Source of the DNA: a bacterium
Lineage (GTDB): Bacteria > SM23-31
Assembly (NCBI GenBank): GCA_965249485.1
Contig: OZ252239.1
Span: forward strand, 3,264,001-3,328,000
Reading direction: 5' to 3'
DNA length: 64,000 bases
This document shows positions 38,528-49,264 of the stretch, in pieces; position 1 is the first letter of the stretch; the number at the start of each line of letters is the position of its first letter. The notes under the pieces were generated by a model. That model saw nothing but the letters and a program-made list of their open reading frames with translations, did no database searches and was not told the DNA's origin. Position numbers and translations under genes: made by a program.

Positions 38528-39442
38528 ATGGTTATCGATTCTCATATTCATGCATTAAAAGCAGAAAAATTTGATGCTGTTACCGAAGCGCAGTTAGGTC
38601 ATAAACATCCTGAAGACACACCTATTGAACTGATAGTCACATGGCTCAGAGATGCGGGGGTAAAAAAAGCGGTCTTGATGGGTCAGGATATGACACGTAT
38701 GTGGAACTCCAACTGCGGTGAAGATTATATTCTTGATTGCATCAATAAGTATCCGGACTTATTTGTCGGTCTTGCTGCAATAGAAGCGGTCGACAAATGG
38801 GGGCGGTATAATAGACCAGCTTTAGAGTATTTCAAACGAGCCATTACGCAGTATGGCTATAAAGGGATTTTGTTGACACCACCCTACGGTCACTATGCAT
38901 CTGATGCACCGCAGGTATATCCATTCTATGAAGCAGCAGTTGAGCTTGATGTCATCGTTCAATATCACCACTGTGCTAATCCCGGGGGTATTTTTCTTGC
39001 TCCTTACAGGTATACATCACCCCAATCATTGAATAATGTACTCATCGATTTTCCCAGCATGAAAGTTGTCGTTGAGCACATCAATTATCCCTGGTATGAA
39101 GAGTTATTCTATATGATGATGAATCCTGATGTGACCGTCTACGCAGACCTTGCAATGACGTATAACCGTCCGCAACAGCTTACCTGGAATCTCGTGAAGG
39201 CGAAGGAATTGGGTGTCATTGATAAAATCATGTACGGTTCGGATTACTGGGTGTCAGGTTCCGGTGTTTTTTCCAATGATCCGGGTACCGACATGAAACG
39301 GTGGATTGAGCTTATCAGAACAGGACTGAACACTATAGCCCAAAAATGCGGCTGGCCGACATTTTCACAAGAGGAGATCGACGGTATCCTCTATAAAAAC
39401 GCGGCCAGATTGTACGGTTTTGATATTTCCGAACTAGGATGA
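38528..39442 (+). CDS. Amidohydrolase_2 family protein
   Basis: IDSHIH, VVVEH and MYGSDY motifs. Confidence 0.85.
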   Translation: MVIDSHIHALKAEKFDAVTEAQLGHKHPEDTPIELIVTWLRDAGVKKAVLMGQDMTRMWNSNCGEDYILDCINKYPDLFVGLAAIEAVDKWGRYNRPALEYFKRAITQYGYKGILLTPPYGHYASDAPQVYPFYEAAVELDVIVQYHHCANPGGIFLAPYRYTSPQSLNNVLIDFPSMKVVVEHINYPWYEELFYMMMNPDVTVYADLAMTYNRPQQLTWNLVKAKELGVIDKIMYGSDYWVSGSGVFSNDPGTDMKRWIELIRTGLNTIAQKCGWPTFSQEEIDGILYKNAARLYGFDISELG

Positions 39443-39449
39443 TGATTGG

Positions 39450-40562
39450 TTAGATTAATTCTTGAATCAATTCATCAATCAGACCCAGACCCGTAACAAA
39501 ATAACTCTTTTCGGGTCCGATTCCAATTCTGATGTACCCATCCATTCCAAAATTGTCACCGGCGATAATGAGCACCTTTTTCTCGTTTCTGAGACGTGTC
39601 ACGAATTCCGTGGAATTAATGTCCATTGTATATTTGAGAAACGCCATGCCGCCTGCCTGAGGCGGAATGAACGAAAAGAACTCTTTTCTTTCATTTACCC
39701 AGCTGGTAAGAATTGCTAAATTTTCATTCAGAATATCATGGCTGCGGCTCAGCACTTTTGTTCTCATATTCGGGTGAAGAACAAGAGTTGCAATTTTGTT
39801 GCTAAGGATATTCGAAGCAATAGTAGTGTAATCGTGGTAAGCCCAGGCATCCTCAATAAACGTCTTAGGGCCAACCATCCATCCGATACGCAGACCTGGC
39901 AGCGCATACGCTTTGGAAAGACCGCCGTTGACGATAACCTTTTCATATCTTCCTACAAACGACTTTGATTCATCTTCATTCAACTCTGCTCCGCGGTAAA
40001 TTTCATCAGCATATACATACGCACCGACTTCAGAGGCGATACGGGCAATACCATCCATTGATTCCTCACTAAGCCGATGACCGGTCGGATTGTTCGGATT
40101 ACATACCGCAATCACTTTAGTTTTGTTGTTAACTAATTTCTTTATTTCGTCCAGATCGGGTTCCCAGTTGAATTCCTGCCGCAGATAAAACGGTTTTACT
40201 TCATTTTTGAAACCACGTGCAATTCCCCAGAGCTGCTGATAATTTGGAAGCATGTAAACCATTTCATCACCAGGTTCCAAAAGACTCCATGTAGCGATAA
40301 AATTCGATTCTGCTGAACCCGTTGTTACGAGCACATTGTTGAGATCACTATCCTTATAAAGACGGCCAATTGATTCACGAAGTACTATAGAACCATTCGT
40401 CTGACCGTAACCAAGACGGATCGAATGCAGCTTTTCAATCTCCTCTTTTGGCAGTAATTCTTCAAGCGTATACGGGTGTATTCCGCTTTCTGTCAGATTA
40501 TAGTCCACTCTATTTTCCCATATAGACTGAATTCGTTCAAGATCAAATATTTCAACCTTCAT
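39450..40562 (-). CDS. PLP-dependent aminotransferase class I/II
   Basis: NPNNPTG, DEIY and SKAYALPGLRIGW motifs. Confidence 0.9.
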   Translation of the reverse strand: MKVEIFDLERIQSIWENRVDYNLTESGIHPYTLEELLPKEEIEKLHSIRLGYGQTNGSIVLRESIGRLYKDSDLNNVLVTTGSAESNFIATWSLLEPGDEMVYMLPNYQQLWGIARGFKNEVKPFYLRQEFNWEPDLDEIKKLVNNKTKVIAVCNPNNPTGHRLSEESMDGIARIASEVGAYVYADEIYRGAELNEDESKSFVGRYEKVIVNGGLSKAYALPGLRIGWMVGPKTFIEDAWAYHDYTTIASNILSNKIATLVLHPNMRTKVLSRSHDILNENLAILTSWVNERKEFFSFIPPQAGGMAFLKYTMDINSTEFVTRLRNEKKVLIIAGDNFGMDGYIRIGIGPEKSYFVTGLGLIDELIQELI

Positions 40563-40621
40563 GTAAACACCTACCCAATCTTAAATGTAAATAGTACTTA
40601 ATATATTGTTTTAACTATTAA

Positions 40622-43237
40622 TTACTGTGATGTAGCATAATAGAGTGAATTAAACAACAACTTAAACGTACCGTGCGTCTGAGCTCTGGTTTGAACACCG
40701 AATCCCAATAAAATCACTGTACCTTTTTCATAAGAATAGTTAACTGCACCGGCAGCGTTGTAGAGAAATTCTTCTCCAATCTGAAATCCGCTCATCAATA
40801 GATCTCTATCAGGATATTCTGCAATAATATCATAACTCCCATTTTCCTCATCATAGTCATTGACCAAAAAAGCAGGACTGTTGTTAAAAAATACTGGAGC
40901 CTCTTCAGGCATTCCAAATGCAATTGGATGGCTGTTATTGAATTTCATCTGAAGTAGTGAACCTGGAATCGCAAATTGAGGTTCACCATTGTCGTTGTCA
41001 TCCAATCCTTCAAGAGCATTCATGAACGGTGCATCAAACTCATCGATGGCAAAAAGAGCGCTTCTGTTCAAAGCAACCAGTGTACCGCCATTCTGCACGA
41101 ATTTTCTCAAATTTTCAACACCGATGTCAGCAATCCCGCCTACATACTGTGGGGGTACTGTTCCGGTTTCGTGGCCGTTCACAATTGCATCTGTTGACAT
41201 TGACGGCAAAACAATTACATCAAACCGGTCATTCAATCTTCCAGCCCGCACATCAGCATCAAAAATATTTTCAAAAGGAAATTCATACTGCTCCAATATC
41301 CAACGGGTCCACCCTTCATCCATACTGGCACGCCACGATTTATAGAGTGCGGTTCTCGGTTGTGATACTGCTGCCGTCTTACTCGTTATAGCTCTTCCGA
41401 CTCCGGTAATGGTCAAAGATAGATTATCTGCAAGTGTATTCATAAATGAGCCGGAAATACTACCAGACTCTACAATCCAGGTGCCCGGAAGATGTTCAAT
41501 ATTATTAACTTCGATCGTTTCCTGCAGCCGTGAAACAGCACCGCCATTTTCGAGGATGCGATTCGCCGCAATAAAACTGTTATTCGTTTTTGGACTTATA
41601 AGATAAGAAGAGGCAGCTCTCCCGTTCACACTGCCTGGTAGAGGTTCAGCATTTTCTATTTGATCCATAGGTATATCGAGAGGCGAATTTGCAGCTACTC
41701 TATTGACACCCATTTGATAAGGCAGTGTCCAACCATCCTGATCCTGATGAGGTATATATACGTTTTCAAACTCCTGCGGTCCGACCGTACCCTGCCATAG
41801 ATCGGGATACTGTGCAAGATCGGGCGCGTCCTGTTCTTCAAACATTGTTTTTACAAAGTATGCAAATGGTTGATCCATAGGAATAATCCAAGTCCCGGAC
41901 GGATAGGTTATGCCGTCGGATACAAACTCTTCTGACGCCTCATACACATCGATCCCCATAAATATCATTTTATTCATTAACAATGCAGCGGTTGGATTGT
42001 CCCACTGCTGTTGTGGGACAATCCATGCATAGGGAGGCTCATTTTTGAATTTATTGATAATATCTTTACCCATTTGAAACTTATTGTACAAAAGCTCATC
42101 AGAGAACCGGGCAGCGGTCTGTAATGTTGCCTTTGATGTTGTTAGCATATACTCAACTGCATCTCTAAGGCGCCACCATCCCCCTTTCCAGGGGCTGGGA
42201 TAAAACGATGAGATGGTGAAATCTCGGTACGCTTCGGGAAAATCGTCTAATGTGTAAAAGTGTGGTGTTGCATAACGATAGAGTGCTGTTTCCGACATAT
42301 ATGCAATTATATTGAAATGGAGTCCAACCTCGTCTACATAACCGGGATACCATAGGTCGAAGTTAATCCGTGATATAGCCCCTACTTTCCCTTCCTGTTC
42401 GAGAGCATAGCCAATGGATGTTCCGAAGAGATTCTTACCGCGAATAACCATTGGATGCAAATTAGGATTTGTCGGCTCCGCACTCAGTGGAATGAATATT
42501 CTCGTAGGAAACGGCGCTGTCTGGTGGTGGTTATATTGCACAACGGGGAACCATTCATGATTGACCAACCGTGTTATATTCTGCGTTTCGGCCATATTAT
42601 TCATGTAAGAATCACGGTTGTTATCGTGTCCAACATAGTGGTGATACAGCCATGGCATTGGACTGACTTCATATTCGGTACCGAGATTTGACCGATACCA
42701 GTCAACAACCATATCCATCCCATCCGGATTTGCAAACACTAAAATCAGAATCGTCTTATCCCGTATTTCACGTGTGACAGGATCATTTGATGCTACAAGA
42801 TCATATGCAAGCTGCGGCAACATCTGGCCGTGAGCAACTTCGGATGCATGGAGGCTGCCGTCGATGTAGACAATTGCTTTCCCCTCATTCGCCAACTGCT
42901 TTGCATGCTCATCATCGAGTCCCTTTACCAGTGCAAGCTGTTTTGAAATGTCCTTGTAATGGTCAAGCTGAGCCATATTTTCTTCGGACGAAATAATTGC
43001 ATAAATCATCGAGTTTCCAAGTGTTGTTTTTCCTGCTTCACGCACTTCAATCAACGAATAAGAGTTGTCAAGTGCTTCAAAATACTCGAGCGCCTCCTGA
43101 TAATTCAACAGCTTAAAATCGTCTCCTACGCGAAATCCCAGAATCTCTTCGGGCTTCGGAATAGACTGTGCAAACACAAAAGAAACGGTAAACAATACAA
43201 TACACAGTGTTACACAGCTTCTTTGTACATAATTCAT
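40622..43237 (-). CDS. Secreted M14 zinc carboxypeptidase
   Basis: Signal peptide; HASE, NPDG, DNNRD and HHQ motifs. Confidence 0.85.
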   Translation of the reverse strand: MNYVQRSCVTLCIVLFTVSFVFAQSIPKPEEILGFRVGDDFKLLNYQEALEYFEALDNSYSLIEVREAGKTTLGNSMIYAIISSEENMAQLDHYKDISKQLALVKGLDDEHAKQLANEGKAIVYIDGSLHASEVAHGQMLPQLAYDLVASNDPVTREIRDKTILILVFANPDGMDMVVDWYRSNLGTEYEVSPMPWLYHHYVGHDNNRDSYMNNMAETQNITRLVNHEWFPVVQYNHHQTAPFPTRIFIPLSAEPTNPNLHPMVIRGKNLFGTSIGYALEQEGKVGAISRINFDLWYPGYVDEVGLHFNIIAYMSETALYRYATPHFYTLDDFPEAYRDFTISSFYPSPWKGGWWRLRDAVEYMLTTSKATLQTAARFSDELLYNKFQMGKDIINKFKNEPPYAWIVPQQQWDNPTAALLMNKMIFMGIDVYEASEEFVSDGITYPSGTWIIPMDQPFAYFVKTMFEEQDAPDLAQYPDLWQGTVGPQEFENVYIPHQDQDGWTLPYQMGVNRVAANSPLDIPMDQIENAEPLPGSVNGRAASSYLISPKTNNSFIAANRILENGGAVSRLQETIEVNNIEHLPGTWIVESGSISGSFMNTLADNLSLTITGVGRAITSKTAAVSQPRTALYKSWRASMDEGWTRWILEQYEFPFENIFDADVRAGRLNDRFDVIVLPSMSTDAIVNGHETGTVPPQYVGGIADIGVENLRKFVQNGGTLVALNRSALFAIDEFDAPFMNALEGLDDNDNGEPQFAIPGSLLQMKFNNSHPIAFGMPEEAPVFFNNSPAFLVNDYDEENGSYDIIAEYPDRDLLMSGFQIGEEFLYNAAGAVNYSYEKGTVILLGFGVQTRAQTHGTFKLLFNSLYYATSQ

Positions 43238-43334
43238 GAGAAGACCATCCTTTTCAGATTCAACAATGATTCAATTACTATTTATACGATGCTCAATTAG
43301 ATGTGTATCTAGTACTATGCTTCAAATTTAATAA

Positions 43335-44285
43335 TTACGGTACTAACGCTGAAAATACAGCTTTAGAAATCTGAATATCCTGAACTGCAACACCTGTCAA
43401 ATCGACAACGGTTGTTTGGCTATCATCCGTCCGCCGGGGCGCGGTATTTCGTATCACATTGCCAAGTTCGAATACGGAATTCCTGTCGAGAACACCGGCT
43501 TCAACGGCTTTGAAAACCTCGCCACGTGTCTCGCTCTGAAAAATACTATCAGCAACAACGATATCCGCATTTCCGACTATACTTTCCTCTAACTCCTGTT
43601 TCTCAGATGTGTCAGATCCCATGGCGGTAATGTGTGTCCCTTTTTTAATATCATCTGTTTTCAAGAGCGGTTTTTTGGTCGGTGTAGCAGTTACAATAAA
43701 ATTACAGTTTTCCGCAACTTCGGCGGGCTCTAGTGTTGTTTCTACAGAATAGCCTTCCGCTTCCATGTCACTTTTGTACAGAGCAAGTTCCGCTTCGTTC
43801 ATCCCCCATACATGAATATTTTTGCAATCGACGATCGGTTGTAAATAATTGACCTGGAGTCTTCCCTGTACACCGGCACCAAATACACCGATGCAATTTA
43901 CCTTTGATGGTGCAAAATATTTTGCAGCAACCGCACCGGCTGCGGCGGTCCTGATGTTGGTTAAATACCCTTCGTCGAGCAGAATACCCGCTAACTCACC
44001 GGTCTTCTGTTTGAAGATAAGCATTAATCCATTAAATATCGGCAAGTTGAGTTTTACATTTTCATAAAACCCTGAGGCTATTTTCACTACGTAATAGTCG
44101 TCATTAACTATGCAGCCGTACTTGATATGCATGTCCCCCTGAGGATTATCAAAAAGCAGTTCACCGACTTGCGGCACAACAACGTTTCCTTCTGAAAATT
44201 GCACAAAACCGTCTTCTATTGCTGAAACGGCATCTATCGAACCTAACACGCTTTTGATCTGATCAAGATTGAAAATTTTTGACAT
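43335..44285 (-). CDS. Ornithine cyclodeaminase / mu-crystallin family
   Basis: LTNIRTAAAG, GAGVQG and DLTGVAVQD motifs. Confidence 0.9.
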   Translation of the reverse strand: MSKIFNLDQIKSVLGSIDAVSAIEDGFVQFSEGNVVVPQVGELLFDNPQGDMHIKYGCIVNDDYYVVKIASGFYENVKLNLPIFNGLMLIFKQKTGELAGILLDEGYLTNIRTAAAGAVAAKYFAPSKVNCIGVFGAGVQGRLQVNYLQPIVDCKNIHVWGMNEAELALYKSDMEAEGYSVETTLEPAEVAENCNFIVTATPTKKPLLKTDDIKKGTHITAMGSDTSEKQELEESIVGNADIVVADSIFQSETRGEVFKAVEAGVLDRNSVFELGNVIRNTAPRRTDDSQTTVVDLTGVAVQDIQISKAVFSALVP

Positions 44286-44288
44286 TGA

Positions 44289-45275
44289 CTATTCTCCTTC
44301 TACCAAAACCGATTTCAGCGCTTCCATCCCGATTCGTTTTCCGCTTAAAATCAAGATCACATTTTTACCGGCATAGTTGTCTTGTGTCTTGAGAAAAGAT
44401 GCTACCTGCAGTGCAGCGGCACCTTCGACAAGCAGATAGTGTTTTTCGAGAAGGAACCGAATTGCTTTTTTGATTTCATCTTCCTCTGCCAGCACATACT
44501 CATCAACATATTTTTGGCAGAGTTCAAAGGTAAATGCTCCCGGTTCGATCCCTCCCGCCGTACCATCGGAAATTGTGGGTTTTGATTCAAGATCAAGAAT
44601 CCGGCCCGCTTTGATTGACTCGTACATCACTTTTGAATTTACAGGCTGGCATCCGATTATTGAAATAGACGACTCGGTCTCCTTCAAATATCCAGCCACA
44701 CCTGACATCAATCCTCCACCGCCAACCGGAACAAACACCGCATCGATATGTTTGAGTTGACGCTTCAGTTCAATACCGATTGTACCCTGTCCACCGACAA
44801 TCTGCGGGTCGTTATATGGTGATACAAACACCTGATTATTTTTTCTGGCAGTCTCCTTAGCCAAAGTTTCACTTTTTATACCGTCATTACCGAAAAGTTC
44901 GATATCCACCTTGAATAATTTCAACGATTCAAGTTTCGTCGGAGATACTGTTTCCGGCAGATAGATTACTCCTTTGCCGCCAAATTTATCGAGGGTATAC
45001 GCAAACGCTGCACCGTGATTTCCTGAGGAAGCACTGACAATATAACCTCTCTTTTGCTCAGACGTTAATGAGAGGAACTTATTCGTTGCCCCCCGCAATT
45101 TAAATGACCCCGAAATCTGTGTGTTTTCGAGCTTTAAATAGACATTACAATCTCCCATCCTGCTCAGTACCGGTGAATACTCAAGCGGAGTTTCATAAAT
45201 ATGTTCACGTATCCGTTTTTCGGCCGCAATTACTTCCTGTTTTACATCAATCATAGATTTATGCATCATCCTCAC
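44289..45275 (-). CDS. Threonine/serine dehydratase family (PLP)
   Basis: SGSFKLRGA, SSGNHG and PVGGGGL motifs. Confidence 0.9.
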   Translation of the reverse strand: MRMMHKSMIDVKQEVIAAEKRIREHIYETPLEYSPVLSRMGDCNVYLKLENTQISGSFKLRGATNKFLSLTSEQKRGYIVSASSGNHGAAFAYTLDKFGGKGVIYLPETVSPTKLESLKLFKVDIELFGNDGIKSETLAKETARKNNQVFVSPYNDPQIVGGQGTIGIELKRQLKHIDAVFVPVGGGGLMSGVAGYLKETESSISIIGCQPVNSKVMYESIKAGRILDLESKPTISDGTAGGIEPGAFTFELCQKYVDEYVLAEEDEIKKAIRFLLEKHYLLVEGAAALQVASFLKTQDNYAGKNVILILSGKRIGMEALKSVLVEGE

Positions 45276-45807
45276 TTAATCTCAATCAATATGTATATAA
45301 AAACACTTTTTGTTAATTGAATGTTTATATAATATGCTTATAAAGCAATTCTCCTCAACGGTACAATAAATTTAATTGATTTGATACAATATTTATTGGA
45401 ATTTTCCCTGAAACAATTTCAGAAATAGATATTCTTTGAGTTCAAACAAATGGGATGATATGTACAGAATTAGTGTAGATAATTGTTACGAGGAATATGC
45501 CATACGATGCATGTTGAAGAAGCACATAAGGAACAAAAAAACAGCCTTGTGTAGAATTATGCTATAATACTGCATAGAACTCATTTACTTAATTGAATGG
45601 GCGTTCATGTGCCACTCTCTCACAATTTCGAGCAGCATATCTCACGTAATAAATGTGCTTTAATATAACACAAAAAACAGTTAAATTTCAAGGATAATAA
45701 TTACCTCTTTTTTGTATAGTGTACTTTGATTATTAGGTATTTATTACTATTATGGTGTTCAGCTTGTGATATGCGTTTTTTTATTGAAATTTTCTGAAAG
45801 GATACAT

Positions 45808-46161
45808 ATGTCACTCAGTCAATTATCGTGCAAAGCCTGCCGGGGTGGAGTCGCACCTCTCGAAGGTAGTCAGTTACAGGAATATTTGGAGCAGGTACCG
45901 GAATGGCGTTTGATAGAAAATAAAATCTCGAGGACCTTTACGTTCAAGAATTTCAAAGAATCTTTTGATTTTGCCAATGAAGTCGGAAGGATTTCGGAGC
46001 AGGAAGACCATCATCCGGATGTGTGCGTTCACGATTACAAGAATGTCACTATTACCCTCTGGACCCATAAAATAAACGGACTGTTCGAAAATGATTTTAT
46101 ACTTGCAGCAAAAATCAACGAGATAAAAAATCCACCTGCCACGTTTAGCAGCAGTCTATAA
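45808..46161 (+). CDS. Pterin-4-alpha-carbinolamine dehydratase
   Basis: EDHHPD and WTHKINGL.ENDFILAAK motifs; ATG at 45808 is the likelier start. Confidence 0.88.
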   Translation: MSLSQLSCKACRGGVAPLEGSQLQEYLEQVPEWRLIENKISRTFTFKNFKESFDFANEVGRISEQEDHHPDVCVHDYKNVTITLWTHKINGLFENDFILAAKINEIKNPPATFSSSL

Positions 46162-46198
46162 ATGCGGAGATAATTTTGTTAAATTTTGTTGTTGCCCG

Positions 46199-47272
46199 TC
46201 AGAAGTTGGCAATTTCCTGTTTGATGGGATGGTCTTCACCATAGACCCGATTCCAAACTGCTGCCCCTTCCATACAGAGATACACATGAGCTTCGGGACT
46301 TTTATCGATAATCCATGACCGCATTTTCCGGAAGATTTCACCACGTACCGGCTGCAAATATCTGAGTTTACCGTCCGAACATTGGATCATTTCACTATAA
46401 ATGATATCGGTATTGGGAAACCGTTTTTGAATCGCAGTCTTTCCGGCGGTAGTAAACCGTAACACACCGAGACTGATCCAGAGAATATCTTCCGGATCAA
46501 CATAATCGAACATCATTTCAATGACAGATCGGTAGTTTTCCTCCCATCCTTCGTGGACAATAATAGGATCGAAATGAAAGGCTATTTTATAACCCGCATC
46601 TTTACACAGTCGAGCAGCAGTAAGCCGATCACGGAGCGATGCTGTTTTGTGTTCCTCTTTATCGATAAGACCCTGCGGATTGAGTGACCATGCAATGACT
46701 GTTTTACCTTTCGGATCAACTGAGAGCAGATTATCGACATAGCTTCCTTTTGTTTTTAACTCGAGCAGGACAGAATCAAATTCAGCGAAACAGGGTACAA
46801 TTTCTTTACTGAATCCGGTAATCTCATCGAGCGCAAGAGAATCTGCCAATTCACCAGTTCCTATTCGGAAGGATTTTCCAGGATGTAACTGGACCAGTTC
46901 CCGTACTTCTTCAATAAAATCGGTGAGATTTGTATGAATGGTTATGTTCTGTGTATTAAGATAGCTCTGCAGGTAGCAATAGGTGCAATCGAAATGGCAA
47001 TTTATAGCCAAATTTGCCACAAAATAGTTGCAGCACAGTGCATCTTTCGTGCCCGGACAGCGTTCAATAAAAGGTCCTCTGCTCTTCTGTAGATAGAGAG
47101 CACGTTTCCCTTTTGTTATTGTTTCTAAATCCGGTTTCTGGATGGTAGAACCCGCGCTGTTTTCTATGATTTCATAATCGACATCGGGAAATCGGTTTAA
47201 TATCCGCTCTGTAAGGGCATCGTGCAGTGACTGCTCATCTATATATATATATTCGGGTTTTAACGATATCAT
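46199..47272 (-). CDS. Spore photoproduct lyase-like radical SAM protein
   Basis: NCHFDCTYCYLQ CxxxCxxC, ELKTK, FHFDPI and YLCME motifs. Confidence 0.85.
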   Translation of the reverse strand: MISLKPEYIYIDEQSLHDALTERILNRFPDVDYEIIENSAGSTIQKPDLETITKGKRALYLQKSRGPFIERCPGTKDALCCNYFVANLAINCHFDCTYCYLQSYLNTQNITIHTNLTDFIEEVRELVQLHPGKSFRIGTGELADSLALDEITGFSKEIVPCFAEFDSVLLELKTKGSYVDNLLSVDPKGKTVIAWSLNPQGLIDKEEHKTASLRDRLTAARLCKDAGYKIAFHFDPIIVHEGWEENYRSVIEMMFDYVDPEDILWISLGVLRFTTAGKTAIQKRFPNTDIIYSEMIQCSDGKLRYLQPVRGEIFRKMRSWIIDKSPEAHVYLCMEGAAVWNRVYGEDHPIKQEIANF

Positions 47273-47282
47273 AACATCCTGC

Positions 47283-48740
47283 TTATTGTGTGATTTTAAA
47301 TGCTCCGATTTGCTTGTCTTTTATTCTAAACTTAACGCCAATTCCGTGTTCTTTAACAACCTTTTTTAAATGGCCGAATTCAATTCTAACATTCGGATAG
47401 ACACGTTGATGGACTGAAATAGACGCATTTTCTACTTCCTTAAACACGCTTTCAAGCCCTTTACCAATTTCTGTCAGTAATTCAACTTCACTTTTAAGCT
47501 GTTTTTGAGTTTCAATAAGACTACGGTACAATTTTTTTTGCTTGTCTGGAAGTCCCCTCTTGATAATATTAATTTTATTGAGCACTGTAATTGCTTTTGA
47601 TACCTTCTCTACATTAATTTTGTGATTCTTTTTATCCTCTATATATTGTTTGCCTTTCTCTCGCTGCTCTCGAGTCAATCCCACATTCAACACGGTTTCT
47701 GTTGCAGTCTGGCTGCCGGCACTTTGAATAGTAATCGATTTACCTGCATACAGTGATCCGCCTATAACACCTTTTGATCCCGAAATTACAATGTTGCCAT
47801 CTGCCTCGACTGTGACGTGGAGCAGTGCATCGGATACAAATACATCTCCTCCGGCTAAGACAACCTGATTTTCTGTAAAGGTCAGAATGACACAGCCGCC
47901 CGCATTAATTCTGCCAGTCCCTTTTCCTGTAAATTCTCCCTTTACTACAACATTTCCACCCGCTTCAATAACAGCATCTTCCACGCTGCCTTCTATGACA
48001 ACATCTCCACCGGATTTTATGGAAAAGCCTGGTTTTACATCTTTGTTAATCAAAACAGAGCCCCGGTAATCAACATTCCCCGTTTCGTAATCGACATCTC
48101 CTTCGATGGTAACAAGGGAATCAATTATCAATTCATCCCCTTTAAGCGATACGACACCATCGGATGAAGCACAAAGCTGGTTGGGATTTTCACTCGATAT
48201 CTCCACATTGATACCCGATGGAAGTTGTGTCGGTTTTCCCGCATCCGCTTTAATAATAGAACCGGTTACCGTTATACCATCGGTTCCATTTTCAGGAGGT
48301 AATAGCTCTGCAACAACATCTCCTTTTTTAACATATTGCATAAAATCTATCTGCTTCACATCGATTTGTTCATGTTCATAGTTCTCAAGTAGCTCGGTCA
48401 TACTAATTTTGAAATTATACCTGACTTCCCCATTTTTTCCATCCTGTTTCGGTTTTCCCTCTGCAATAAGAACCTTTTCATCGACAATTAATTCATCAAA
48501 AATTCGGTTCAATTCTTCTTCCAGTATCAAATCTTTAGAAATATTATGGCTTTCAAGCGCTTGTATGACTGCTGATTTTTCGGGTAGAGCTCCGGTTTTC
48601 GATTGGGAAAGAGACAGCCAACAGCGGCTGGCATCATCGGAAAATGATACTTCGATATCAGATGCTGGAGAACTTTTCTCATTTTCCTTTTCATCGGTAC
48701 CCTGCGGGTCCTGTGAGTCTTGTATCTGATCTTTATTCAT
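47283..48740 (-). CDS. FapA / DUF342 family protein
   Basis: GDVDYETGNVDYRGSV beta-solenoid repeats. Confidence 0.85.
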   Translation of the reverse strand: MNKDQIQDSQDPQGTDEKENEKSSPASDIEVSFSDDASRCWLSLSQSKTGALPEKSAVIQALESHNISKDLILEEELNRIFDELIVDEKVLIAEGKPKQDGKNGEVRYNFKISMTELLENYEHEQIDVKQIDFMQYVKKGDVVAELLPPENGTDGITVTGSIIKADAGKPTQLPSGINVEISSENPNQLCASSDGVVSLKGDELIIDSLVTIEGDVDYETGNVDYRGSVLINKDVKPGFSIKSGGDVVIEGSVEDAVIEAGGNVVVKGEFTGKGTGRINAGGCVILTFTENQVVLAGGDVFVSDALLHVTVEADGNIVISGSKGVIGGSLYAGKSITIQSAGSQTATETVLNVGLTREQREKGKQYIEDKKNHKINVEKVSKAITVLNKINIIKRGLPDKQKKLYRSLIETQKQLKSEVELLTEIGKGLESVFKEVENASISVHQRVYPNVRIEFGHLKKVVKEHGIGVKFRIKDKQIGAFKITQ

Positions 48741-48755
48741 TGTAAGTAATTCAAA

Positions 48756-49211
48756 CTATTGATCAAGTAACCGTAATAAGTCCATGGACGAGACGATACC
48801 AACCACTCGTTCATCGTCAGTTATAACAACCCGGTGTATTTTATTTTCCAGCATTAATCGTACGAGTGCTTTAACTTCTGTCGATGGTGCCGCTGTGATA
48901 ACGGAAGAGGTCATGATCTGGTTTACAAATTCTTTTGCCGGTTCCGATCCGAGTAAATTATTGAAATCCGGTAAATCCACATGAGAAGTATTCACTGTTT
49001 CCTGCCCCAGAATTGCGCTCAATTCCCGCTCAAGCCCATATGTTACCAAATCAGTTTTCGAAACAATTCCGACCAACTTGGATTCCCCGTCAAGTACAGG
49101 GACACCGCTCACATGATGAGCTGAAATTATCTCCAGCAGCTCTTGCATAGATGCTGTTGATTTGACACAGACAACATCCCGTGTCATAATGTCGGAAGCT
49201 GTTACACCCAT
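48756..49211 (-). CDS. CBS-domain pair protein
   Basis: SGVPVLD..LVGIVS.TD and IHRVVI..VVGIVS.MD motifs. Confidence 0.9.
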   Translation of the reverse strand: MGVTASDIMTRDVVCVKSTASMQELLEIISAHHVSGVPVLDGESKLVGIVSKTDLVTYGLERELSAILGQETVNTSHVDLPDFNNLLGSEPAKEFVNQIMTSSVITAAPSTEVKALVRLMLENKIHRVVITDDERVVGIVSSMDLLRLLDQ

Positions 49212-49264
49212 TAATGACTCCTAAGGTTTTATACCGAATGAAATATAATACGACACTAAATAAA

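Noticed and set aside
45280..45800. AT-rich intergenic region as ncRNA or gene remnant
   Set aside because: No convincing frame or structure by eye; consistent with a divergent promoter region.
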